From NCBI GenBank assembly GCA_048882485.1, contig JBHLRP010000031.1:1-38123 (forward strand): 38,123 bases of DNA. Reading direction: 5' to 3'. Shown piece after piece: positions 27,535-36,624 of the stretch. This DNA is from Candidatus Thorarchaeota archaeon (GTDB taxonomy: Archaea > Asgardarchaeota > Thorarchaeia > Thorarchaeales > Thorarchaeaceae). Every line of letters starts with the position of its first letter. Position 1 is the stretch's first letter. The notes beneath the pieces are model-generated. The model saw only the letters and a program-made list of their open reading frames with translations, ran no database searches and had not been told where the DNA came from. The position numbers and the translations under genes are program-made.

Positions 27535-28206
27535 ATGTTCGACCTTATCCAAGAAGGTGAAACTGGGCCGAGCTTAGCGCCAAGAACAATGGTCTATGTC
27601 ATTGTGAATGGAGAGACAGAATTAGACAGGATTGACAGATTAACTACTCGAGGCAAGAATCAGGTTGTGGAGCTTGCCAGATCTCGAGTTGCAACAGGAA
27701 TCCAAATCATCTATTCTGCTGCAAATGGCGCTGTAAGAGAAACCGCAAAAATCCTCGGTGATGAGTTCAGCATCGACGCCAAGAAGAAAGATTGCTTTGA
27801 AGATGTTAAGTTAGGCACGAGGAATCCAAATTCACAGGTCCTAGCAGAAACTTTGCCAGACCTCTGGAATGACATTGACCACGCACCAGAAAAGGGCGAA
27901 TCACTCATGATGGCACGAAAAAGGTTAGCGGAATGCATGAGAGGACTCATCGGTAGACATCGAGGAAACAGTATTGCCATAATTCTGAGTGCCACAATGG
28001 CCGTTCTATTTCATACGCTAGTTGTAGGTGGCGACCCGAATTTGGATGATTGGCTCGAAACAGGACATTCTTCATGTGCAGCATACGAATACGCTAAGGA
28101 TGGCTGGACTCTAATCATGCCTCTCGACAACAGTTTCCTATTAGATGGAAGCACTGTAAGAGATACTTTGCCGCATGAGGTAAAGGATGCACTTGGGATT
28201 CCATAA
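27535..28206 (+). CDS. Histidine phosphatase (PGM-like) fold protein, catalytic motifs degenerate
   Basis: YVIVNGETE, LTTRGKNQ, IYSA....RETA, GES and IAIILS align to the RHG, LT..G..Q, SSPL.RA.QTA, GES and SHG positions. Confidence 0.75.
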   Translation: MFDLIQEGETGPSLAPRTMVYVIVNGETELDRIDRLTTRGKNQVVELARSRVATGIQIIYSAANGAVRETAKILGDEFSIDAKKKDCFEDVKLGTRNPNSQVLAETLPDLWNDIDHAPEKGESLMMARKRLAECMRGLIGRHRGNSIAIILSATMAVLFHTLVVGGDPNLDDWLETGHSSCAAYEYAKDGWTLIMPLDNSFLLDGSTVRDTLPHEVKDALGIP

Positions 28207-28213
28207 TACATTA

Positions 28214-28260
28214 AGGGAAAAAGAAGAGATCCCGGGTCAAGCGCTTTGCCTGACCCGAGA
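28214..28260 (-). terminator. 13-bp stem-loop plus U-rich tract ending the large surface-protein gene
   Basis: Minus strand UCUCGGGUCAGGC AAAGC GCUUGACCCGGGA followed by UCUCUUCUUUUUCCC; the G-U pairs form only on the minus strand. Confidence 0.7.
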
Positions 28261-28274
28261 TTGGCGTATTCCTA

Positions 28275-31200
28275 TTACCTGCGTCGTGCCATCACCAGAA
28301 CAAGGACAAGCATTACCACCATTGCTCCAACCATAATGTATAGCGGAGATATACCATCAGGCGGTTGAGGCGGCGGAGGTGTGGTTGAGGGTGGCGGAGT
28401 AGTCGTTGTGCCATTGCCCTCCGCTGACAGGAATGCGCTAGAGTAAGACACGAACACTGGATCAACGATAAGGTCATGTCCTCCCCAGTTCTCATAGCCT
28501 GCTGTCATGAAGAGCATGGAAGCCTGGATATTCCAGTTCGTGACACTCATGCCTGATTCAGACTCAAACATCACACTGAACGCACCCAGAGGGGCTGTGG
28601 ATGAACCGGAGTAATAGGTAGTCGAATAGCCATCCCCACCCCAAAGGTATGGAAGTCCGCCCATTGACACATTGGCAAAGGGGCTATCCTCAGAGCCAAA
28701 CCGGTAGTAGTCAGCGCCTTGACTGTCCTGGTTCGTGTCAGTGACAGGTCTCTCACCGGCAGTGTAGCGGGTTGCAGTGCCAGTGGCCAGAATTCCAAAA
28801 TAATTCACGGCCAAGCTACGTCCAGCCAAGACACTATTCCCAAAGTCATGGAGTGTCCAGTTCCCAATTGTCTGGTCGATCTTGAACGAAACAGCGTGGT
28901 TCCACGTTTGCGGATCTTCTGCGTCATATTCGACCATATCAACACTGAATGTGACATCGAATGACATCACATCTATGGTTGCGGGAGTTATCCAGTAGTC
29001 AAAGCTGGTGCTATTTAGTCCAATTGCTCCGTCATATGACTCTCGAAAGGCCCATGGGCCTCGCAGCGAATCTGAGTGCTCAACGCGAAGCGGATAAATT
29101 GTCACGTCAACATCGCGAATGGTCACGCCAAAATCAATGACCGTGTCTGCTGTGACCCTGATGTCGCCAGAGTCATCAATGGAACCAAACGGACGTCTCA
29201 GTTCAATGCTTCCGATGTCATCTATTAAGACGACATGAGTCACCTCGTCTGTCTTCAATTGCCCGTTCTCAAATGAGAAGTCGGGAGCTGCAGGTGTGGG
29301 ACCAAGTCCATCATTGAAGATGAGCAGTCCAGCATACTCTGCCTGGAAGTGTGCTAGAGTCTTTTGGTTTTCAGTGATACTGACCCAGAAGTTCTGAGTT
29401 GTACCCCAAGCAAACCAAGTTGTTTTCCAATGATTTTGTTCAAGTCCGGTAATGCTGCTAAGGTCCACGGTTCTGTTCAATGTCATCCAAGCTACGTAGA
29501 GGTATCCAGGTTTCGCCTGTGTCATTGAATTGTCTGCCCAGACGGTGTCCTGGATGTCAGCCATTTCAGCGGCATTCACAGGCGTCCAGTCATCTGCATG
29601 GTACCAGTAGAAGGTTTCATTTGCTTCATACCAGAGATTCAGCTGAACAACGCCCATCCAGTTCTCTGACCAGAACTCATCGCCCATTCTACCAGGAGAT
29701 GGATCGAAGCCAACACCAACCCACATGCCGTCGATGCTCCAGTTGCCCCACTCTCTCCAATAGGCAGTCCTCTTGACGAAATACTGGTCATTGGTGGTGT
29801 AGACATTCCCGTCAAGATCGATGGCGCCATCCTCAGTGATGGTCCAAATCTCAGGCTTGTAGACTGGAATGTCACCCAATATCAAGTGACGGGGACTCCA
29901 AAATATGTCGGTCGAGATATCGGCCTGATTGTAGGTATCCGTCCAGGCATCAACAAGTTTGGTGTAATTCTCCACTGAGAGAATGGTCCCATTCAACCAC
30001 CAAGGGTAGCCCCATGTACCATTGGTTGCATCCCAGATTCTTAGATTATCAATCACACCAACTTGCACACGAGCACTATCGATTATCATGTCTGGGGCTC
30101 CTACAGGCCACCCACCAGGAACGAAACTGAATTGAACCTTCAGTGTAGTCAAAGATTCACCAATCTCGATCTCATAGCCGCTGACAGCGACATGATTGGC
30201 TGGGATAGGTATAGACCAGAGAAGGCCACCGCCACGCAGAAACATGCTCAACGTGTAGGTTGACTGTGTGGACACAAGGCCAGTCTTGAAGTCGATCTGC
30301 ATACTGTGGACTATATCTACTCTCCAATAATGAGTATCATTCCCATCCACTTGAGTCCCCATGACGTCGATAGTAAGGTCTGACAATTCACGTGTCAAGT
30401 TGAAGTCCCCCGTTGGTTCACCCTGTTGAAACACAAAAGAACCATTGATTTCTTCTCTGGGAGCATGGACAATCATGGTGAGATTCAAGTTGTCACCTTG
30501 CTGCGCAACATCTGCAATTTGACCGGAATCATTGAACACAAATGCCTCAATGAAACCTTTCTGAAACGCTAGTTTCATAGTCTGCTTGTCTTCGACATCG
30601 GGTCTAGCTGTGATTGGCCGACCATTGATGTCAAGAACCATTGAGAGGCTGAGTTCAGGCTCAATTGTGCCTCCTTTGAAGAGGCCTTGATCAAGGTCAA
30701 CTAGGTCAGTGAAGTATCCACTCCACTGAAGTCTATGGCCACCATCATAAACACCCATGTATGTGGAATTAGCTACGAAATAGTCTGCCATGGAGATAGT
30801 GGAGTTCTCGACGCAGTTAAGTAGGGGGAACCATAAACCGACACCACCGCCCAGGTCTACCCAAGTCCAGTTGACATCAAGATACCCTGCGAGAGCATAG
30901 ATGTCCGTCGAGTTGTACTTCAGGAACATGAACGGATAGAGTTCTACTTCCTGCTTTACCCATGCAACATCCTTGTTGAAGAGAACACTGTCGCTGTCTT
31001 GAAGACCCTCGGGGAAAGTCCAGTTTGCAGTTATTTTCAAGCTCTCATTGAAGGTGAGTTGCGTGAAAGGAATAAAGACATCTCCGAACTGCGCAGGTGA
31101 CATCATTCTAACTGTAAATGTATCACCCACATCTACGAAATGTGTAACTGCACCTTGAGGATTGATGATGTCAGCATAGTAGTAGTTAGGAAGTTGGAAG

Positions 31201-31886
31201 TCTCTAGGATCTACAGGCTTGCTGAGGCCTATTGGAGGTGTGATAAATCCGCCACCTTCCAACGCAGATATCCAAGATGGCGAAGCTGGACGATTCATTG
31301 TATCAATGGTCTGCATTCCAGTCCACATGATTGCTGGAACTATCATCAGCTCGTAGGTGATTGCAAAGACCACTCGATAGTAGTCAGTCTCTTCGGAGTA
31401 CTCACAGGAGAGTGAATCAAGTGTGATGAAGTTTGCAGCTACTGGCTCCTCCGCTACACCTATGTACCGGAAAGCCATGCTGTTCCATCTATCAGAAGTC
31501 ACATTGTATTCCAGGCCGAAGTATGGGGCTCGAGGACCTTCCTTTACACCCCAGAACTGGACTGCTTCCAGTTCATTTCCTTCTCCCAGGAAGATTTTCG
31601 GGACAGTGATATTGATCAGCAAATCTGTCCCTACGTTAACCAGATAGCTATTATCAGCTATATGCGTGAGGTTGTCAGCGTAACCAACCCAGACTTTCGG
31701 TTGCGGGCCGAATATCCATTCTGAGTGTTCCGCAGAGTTGTCAAATTGCCTTACATCATCTGCAACCTGCCATGCGACTCGAATAAACGGGTCCGTGGGT
31801 GTCTGAGCAGCTACGAAGCCTGCTGTTGAAACAACACTCACAGCGAATACTGCAATAATAGCAAGTGTTGAAATTCGCTTTTTCAT
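28275..31886 (-). CDS. Large secreted cell-surface glycoprotein, candidate S-layer protein
   Basis: Signal peptide MKKRISTLAIIAVFAVSVV (AGGTGA before ATG 31886), acidic/aromatic beta-rich body, over 20 N-x-S/T sequons by manual count, TTTPPPSTTPPPPQPP linker, TM segment and RRR tail. Confidence 0.72.
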   Translation of the reverse strand: MKKRISTLAIIAVFAVSVVSTAGFVAAQTPTDPFIRVAWQVADDVRQFDNSAEHSEWIFGPQPKVWVGYADNLTHIADNSYLVNVGTDLLINITVPKIFLGEGNELEAVQFWGVKEGPRAPYFGLEYNVTSDRWNSMAFRYIGVAEEPVAANFITLDSLSCEYSEETDYYRVVFAITYELMIVPAIMWTGMQTIDTMNRPASPSWISALEGGGFITPPIGLSKPVDPRDFQLPNYYYADIINPQGAVTHFVDVGDTFTVRMMSPAQFGDVFIPFTQLTFNESLKITANWTFPEGLQDSDSVLFNKDVAWVKQEVELYPFMFLKYNSTDIYALAGYLDVNWTWVDLGGGVGLWFPLLNCVENSTISMADYFVANSTYMGVYDGGHRLQWSGYFTDLVDLDQGLFKGGTIEPELSLSMVLDINGRPITARPDVEDKQTMKLAFQKGFIEAFVFNDSGQIADVAQQGDNLNLTMIVHAPREEINGSFVFQQGEPTGDFNLTRELSDLTIDVMGTQVDGNDTHYWRVDIVHSMQIDFKTGLVSTQSTYTLSMFLRGGGLLWSIPIPANHVAVSGYEIEIGESLTTLKVQFSFVPGGWPVGAPDMIIDSARVQVGVIDNLRIWDATNGTWGYPWWLNGTILSVENYTKLVDAWTDTYNQADISTDIFWSPRHLILGDIPVYKPEIWTITEDGAIDLDGNVYTTNDQYFVKRTAYWREWGNWSIDGMWVGVGFDPSPGRMGDEFWSENWMGVVQLNLWYEANETFYWYHADDWTPVNAAEMADIQDTVWADNSMTQAKPGYLYVAWMTLNRTVDLSSITGLEQNHWKTTWFAWGTTQNFWVSITENQKTLAHFQAEYAGLLIFNDGLGPTPAAPDFSFENGQLKTDEVTHVVLIDDIGSIELRRPFGSIDDSGDIRVTADTVIDFGVTIRDVDVTIYPLRVEHSDSLRGPWAFRESYDGAIGLNSTSFDYWITPATIDVMSFDVTFSVDMVEYDAEDPQTWNHAVSFKIDQTIGNWTLHDFGNSVLAGRSLAVNYFGILATGTATRYTAGERPVTDTNQDSQGADYYRFGSEDSPFANVSMGGLPYLWGGDGYSTTYYSGSSTAPLGAFSVMFESESGMSVTNWNIQASMLFMTAGYENWGGHDLIVDPVFVSYSSAFLSAEGNGTTTTPPPSTTPPPPQPPDGISPLYIMVGAMVVMLVLVLVMARRR

Positions 31887-32050
31887 TATATTCACCTTTC
31901 CAAGATCCACCGATTCCATCTCTTGTGACAAGCGGAAGATTCTGAGGGCTTGTCATCTCGTCTTGGAAAAGAGATTGTAGGTGGTTTTCTCGTATATGGC
32001 GCTTTCATAGAGGTACAATCCTATTGTCCTCTGATGGAAAAACCGACAAA
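31887..32050 (-). promoter_or_regulatory. Long structured 5' leader of the surface-protein gene
   Basis: Inverted repeats 31897-31905/31961-31969, 31926-31933/31948-31955 and 32009-32019/32023-32032; TATA-like sequence at about 32075-32090. Confidence 0.5.
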
Positions 32051-32108
32051 CTGCAATACATCATCCCTCTTAGAGTATATTAAGGTATATGGATGAATCA
32101 TACAACGC

Positions 32109-33095
32109 TCAGCCGGGCGATATTACCTCAACTATGCCCTCGTTATCTTCAATTATGGCTTCTCTCCTGCTCTCAAGTATCCTCAGAAGGTCGTAGGTTT
32201 CAGCCAAGGCCAAGACCATTGAGTTTGCGTCATAATCACCAAACTGCTTACGCGATAACCAGTAGAGAGTTCGAGGCTGGGAAGATAGGAAGCTCCTCAT
32301 CTGGCTCAGCTTCATATCATATTCAGATTGCAGCTCAGCAACCCTGCTTGCCAGGTCTGAAATGGGATCACGATGTCCAGGGAGGGCTGTAAAGCCAGAG
32401 AGGGCTTCCATTCGTCTCAGGGATTTCATATATCTGACCATGGATATCTGTTCGCTGATATCGTAGTCAAGACTTGGATTCGAGCTTATAGTGCCAAGGA
32501 TATGATCACCACTAAACACAACTCGAGAGGCTTCGCATACGAAACAACAAGAGCCTAGTGAATGACCTGGAACCCAAATTGCTCTTAGGGCACCAATACT
32601 TGTTTTGATTGTAGTACCTTCCTCCAAAAGAAACACGTCTGGAACAGACTCTCCGAATCTGAGGAAGTAGCTCTCAAGATATCCAACAGGCATCAACGGA
32701 CGCTCATCGGTACGAACTCCTGCCATTTCGATAATGCGATTATACGATTGAACACGCTCCCTTATGAAGCCCTCATAGTCCACCACTCTGTTGCTATCTG
32801 CCTCATGGATGCTTACCCCGGTGGCTGAGTCTCCCTTGTAAGCATTCTCTTGCACAATTGTTCTTGCGAGCCCGGTATGGTCCACATGGCCATGGGTCAA
32901 CAGAATACGGTCGATATCTTCTGTTGTATATCCGACTCGCAATAGACCTTTGCGAAGTGATGAAAGTGCTTCATCTGTCTTTGGTCCAGTGTCAATCAAT
33001 ACAACAGGATCGCCTTCTATAAGGTAGGCGTTCATGGATCCAACAGCAAATGGAGTTGGAATCTCCAACCGATGAATCTCCCTTGGAATCTCTAT
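32109..33095 (-). CDS. Metallo-beta-lactamase fold hydrolase (start uncertain: ATA 33095 or TTG 33068)
   Basis: LIDTG, THGHVDH, PGHS, FSGDH and LPGH motifs. Confidence 0.9.
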   Translation of the reverse strand: MEIPREIHRLEIPTPFAVGSMNAYLIEGDPVVLIDTGPKTDEALSSLRKGLLRVGYTTEDIDRILLTHGHVDHTGLARTIVQENAYKGDSATGVSIHEADSNRVVDYEGFIRERVQSYNRIIEMAGVRTDERPLMPVGYLESYFLRFGESVPDVFLLEEGTTIKTSIGALRAIWVPGHSLGSCCFVCEASRVVFSGDHILGTISSNPSLDYDISEQISMVRYMKSLRRMEALSGFTALPGHRDPISDLASRVAELQSEYDMKLSQMRSFLSSQPRTLYWLSRKQFGDYDANSMVLALAETYDLLRILESRREAIIEDNEGIVEVISPG

Positions 33096-33122
33096 TGTAG
33101 ATACCCTCCCGACAATCTGTTT

Positions 33123-35129
33123 CTACAGCTCCTCAAAGTAGACTCGCAAGAGTTCTGCTACATTGCGTGCCCTTGACACACAACCACGATCTCGATGTGG
33201 TGATGAACCATCAAATAAACCTGACATGGTGCCTAACGCCCCTCGTCGCACTGCTCCTAGGACTGGTCTGAAGAACTCCTGTTCGACAAACGCGCGTGTG
33301 GATTTCTTTCTCCCCATTACGGTGAGATACGCCGAAACATAAGGTCCAATCAGCCAAGGATGAACACTACCTTGATGAGTGGCATCTGCTCTGCTTCGAG
33401 GACCACCTGTGCACGCACGTGCATACCTTGGGTCCTGAGTTGATAGAGTTCTCAATCCATAGGGTGTTACGAGTTCCTTTGTTACAACCTTGAGAACTGA
33501 TCTTGCCATGTCACCTTTGAGCATTGGAAAAGGTAGACTCAAGGCGAATATTTGATTTGGTCGAATTGACGCATCATTCTCTTCGTCATTGACAACATCA
33601 TAGAGGTATCCCTTATCATCATCATAAAACGTCTGCAGGAAAGCCTCTAGAATCCAGGAAGCGACTGCCTTGAACTCATATGGATCACGACCTATTAGCT
33701 CGGACATACTAGCCATTGCCATCAACGAGTTGTACCAAAGAGCATTGGTTTCAACGCATTTTCCAACTCTTGGCGTTGCAACCCAGTTGCCAATCTTCTC
33801 ATTCATCCAGGAAACTTCGATGCCTTCGATTCCGGAGTAGATTAAGCCATCATGATCCTCATGAATATTATACTTGGTTCCTATTCGGAAGGCTGCAATA
33901 ATTGATTCCATTGTGTCCCAGATAATGCCACGGAGAAATTCAGTGTCGTTGGTAGCTTGGATATACTTGTACACACCCATTATATACCAGAGCGATGCAT
34001 CGACCGAGTCATACTGGGGCTGGATTCCTTTGTCAGGAAAGTCATTAGCAACTAGACCATAACGGGAGTACCTTGCATAAGTCGTTAGAATCGCCCTTGC
34101 ATCCTGGAATCTTCCAATTGACATTGTGAGTCCAGGAAGCGAGATGAGAGCATCAAGACCAATATCAGCCAATTGATGATAGCCAGCAATCACCGACCTC
34201 ATTCCTGTTGACGCCCTATCAACAATGAATGAGTCAGCATTCAGAACAAGCCACTCTATGTCTTCATCGCGTTCCTTTGCTGACATTGAATATGCGCGGT
34301 CATTAAGCACTTTTCGCCTCCGCAATTCTTCGAATCTTAGTTTTGCAAAATCCTTCTGCTCGGCATTTGCCAGGCTACCAAGTTCATCCATCAATTGCTT
34401 CCTTGTCGGGCTAACAGCAAAGAGGAATGACAGAAAATGCTCTCCAGGTTCCAGCACTGTGTGAAAGACACCAGGGATATACATTTGCTCTTGAAACGGC
34501 AAACCCATGTCTTTCTCTCTTCTATAGACCTGTGTATCGGTCGTTCGTATCCCAGAGGCTACGAATTCCGCATCTGGTGTATACGAAAACATCCATGGGC
34601 TGCTTGGCCGGTCATCAAATGAAAAAAAGGAGTTCTCATTGATGGATTCTGCTTGAGGTGTAAAATCTAGATGGGGGGGCCTTGCATGAAAGTCTCTGCA
34701 TGTTTGTATTGGAGTAACTGTAAACACCGTTTCCTCTTCATTCTTCACTTCGTAGTTTACAACAGTGTAGTTTCGTCTATACGCCATGAACATTGTCTTG
34801 TCTATAGTCACACCATCAGTTGCATACTTCATCTCAGGAAGAGGATTCAACTCAAAACGCTTCAACATCCGGTAACCTCGATGAACAACTCCGTTGATTG
34901 TCTGTTCAGTGGCGAGATTGGCTTCACCTTCAGATGTTGCAACAACTTCGTCTAGACGAGAGAGTGTGAGCCATCTATCAACGGGAGGATTCAGAGAGGA
35001 CACCAAAAGACCATGATAGCCCCTAGTATTGAGCCCCGCTATTGTGGAAGAAGCATAGCCACCTATGCCATTCGTATAGAGCCATTCGAATGTGACAGCT
35101 CTATTGAGCTTCAGATCAGATTCATCCAT
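33123..35129 (-). CDS. Archaeal-type glycogen debranching enzyme homolog (GDE_N + GDE_C), catalytic domain degenerate
   Basis: EWLYTNGIGGYASST, NTRGYHGLL, VIAGY, SVDASLW, PRVGK.VE.NALWYN, IRPNQ and TPYGLRTL; ATG 35129 preferred over TTG 35153. Confidence 0.88.
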   Translation of the reverse strand: MDESDLKLNRAVTFEWLYTNGIGGYASSTIAGLNTRGYHGLLVSSLNPPVDRWLTLSRLDEVVATSEGEANLATEQTINGVVHRGYRMLKRFELNPLPEMKYATDGVTIDKTMFMAYRRNYTVVNYEVKNEEETVFTVTPIQTCRDFHARPPHLDFTPQAESINENSFFSFDDRPSSPWMFSYTPDAEFVASGIRTTDTQVYRREKDMGLPFQEQMYIPGVFHTVLEPGEHFLSFLFAVSPTRKQLMDELGSLANAEQKDFAKLRFEELRRRKVLNDRAYSMSAKERDEDIEWLVLNADSFIVDRASTGMRSVIAGYHQLADIGLDALISLPGLTMSIGRFQDARAILTTYARYSRYGLVANDFPDKGIQPQYDSVDASLWYIMGVYKYIQATNDTEFLRGIIWDTMESIIAAFRIGTKYNIHEDHDGLIYSGIEGIEVSWMNEKIGNWVATPRVGKCVETNALWYNSLMAMASMSELIGRDPYEFKAVASWILEAFLQTFYDDDKGYLYDVVNDEENDASIRPNQIFALSLPFPMLKGDMARSVLKVVTKELVTPYGLRTLSTQDPRYARACTGGPRSRADATHQGSVHPWLIGPYVSAYLTVMGRKKSTRAFVEQEFFRPVLGAVRRGALGTMSGLFDGSSPHRDRGCVSRARNVAELLRVYFEEL

Positions 35130-35284
35130 TATTATCAATAGCAGGGTCCTCAATTCAACTGGTTTCTATAGAGTCGAATCGACTAGGCACTATAAGGATT
35201 CTGTGATTATGTGCAAAACACTACAACAGGTAGCATCATAAGGAACTCGTTGGCTCCTGAAATGCCTTAAAGGGGTAGTGCTCA

Positions 35285-36559
35285 ATGCCAGACATTTCTA
35301 GTGACATCTCGGCTAATGCCGAATCATTAGGAATCAACCAAGTTAGCTCAGACTTTCTTGGACTGAGTAAAAGTCTGTGGCGTCTAGCAATCGTGGTCGG
35401 TATCGCACAGTTTTCCGTTAGCATTTGGAATTGGGAGTTTAGCATCTTTCTCGAAAGATTTCTTGAACCTTGGCAAATGGGCTTGACCTTTTCGACAAGT
35501 ACACTGGCAAGTTTGATTGGTTATTTTCTATCTGGTACAATCGCTGATCGCATAGGTCGCCGCAAAACCATGATGTTAGCATTTTTGCCAGCGATATTTG
35601 GAGTCCTTTCATTGGCGAATTATCCTGTGTGGCCACTCATTCCGCTGGAGTATGCTTCTTTCATGTTTGGGTGGAGCTTCATATTAATAATGAGTAGAGC
35701 AATACCAGCTGATGAGATTGAGAGGACTGGGGGACATAACGCTGCGCGAAGATTTACAATGGTGCTTCTGCCTGCCTTTCTTGTTGATGGCATCAGTCCC
35801 GCGATTGGAGCTACTTTGCTGAATTTGGGTCTTGTTCCCAGAGACCTTCACATAATGGCAGGCATAGGAGCAATGATTGCCTGCATTGCTACTTGTTTCC
35901 TCATTCAGGAATCCTTAGCAGGAGAGATAATTGAGAGGACAAAGAAAGGTCCACTCATCTCCTTCAGACGATTAGGTTCAAACTTCTGGAAACTAACTAT
36001 AGGCATGTTCGCATTCATCTTCTTCTTCAATTCTGCTCTGGCATATTATGGAAATATTGTTGTGAGTGAATGGGGACTCGACGAAACAACTTTCGGATAT
36101 GCATGGAGTGGATTCTCCATAGCCATGGTATTGCTCATGCATTCTATTAGTGGCTATGTTGACAGAGGCTTGAGGAAGTCCCTATTCTTCGCAGTTCTGG
36201 GAAATGGGATAGTCATCACAATATTCTCATTTGGAAGTGGGGCGTGGACTCTTTTCCTTCTGAATTTCATCTGGGCTGTTCCTGTAGTGATGTGGATAGG
36301 TGCTGAGAGAACCCTAGTCGTTCAAGATGTCGATGAGGAGAATAAGGGAAGGGCACTTGGCACGTATCAATTCATCTCGAGTTCTACGAATCTTGTTGCA
36401 GCACCATTTGGCGCCTATATCTGGACCGTTACCGGAAGCCTTAGGACTCTCTGGATGATCTCAGGCATTGGTGGCATCTTTGCAGCTATGCTTCTTGGTG
36501 CCGCATTGAGGTCTATGACATCAGAGAGAAAAGCGAATATTATCGCTGACTCGGAGTAG
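35285..36559 (+). CDS. MFS transporter
   Basis: GTIADRIGRRK motif A, about 12 TM segments, ENKGRALG. Confidence 0.92.
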   Translation: MPDISSDISANAESLGINQVSSDFLGLSKSLWRLAIVVGIAQFSVSIWNWEFSIFLERFLEPWQMGLTFSTSTLASLIGYFLSGTIADRIGRRKTMMLAFLPAIFGVLSLANYPVWPLIPLEYASFMFGWSFILIMSRAIPADEIERTGGHNAARRFTMVLLPAFLVDGISPAIGATLLNLGLVPRDLHIMAGIGAMIACIATCFLIQESLAGEIIERTKKGPLISFRRLGSNFWKLTIGMFAFIFFFNSALAYYGNIVVSEWGLDETTFGYAWSGFSIAMVLLMHSISGYVDRGLRKSLFFAVLGNGIVITIFSFGSGAWTLFLLNFIWAVPVVMWIGAERTLVVQDVDEENKGRALGTYQFISSSTNLVAAPFGAYIWTVTGSLRTLWMISGIGGIFAAMLLGAALRSMTSERKANIIADSE

Positions 36560-36624
36560 CCGAGGAATCTTCTTATCTCGGTTCGCTGCGCATAGAGAGC
36601 ATAAGCAGGTAGCGGGGAACAGGT

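Noticed and set aside
32109-35153. TAG (pyrrolysine) read-through fusing the GDE homolog to the in-frame MBL gene
   Set aside because: In-frame adjacency has a 1-in-3 chance, the GDE ends at its normal C-terminal position, and the MBL gene has its own GGGAGG site.
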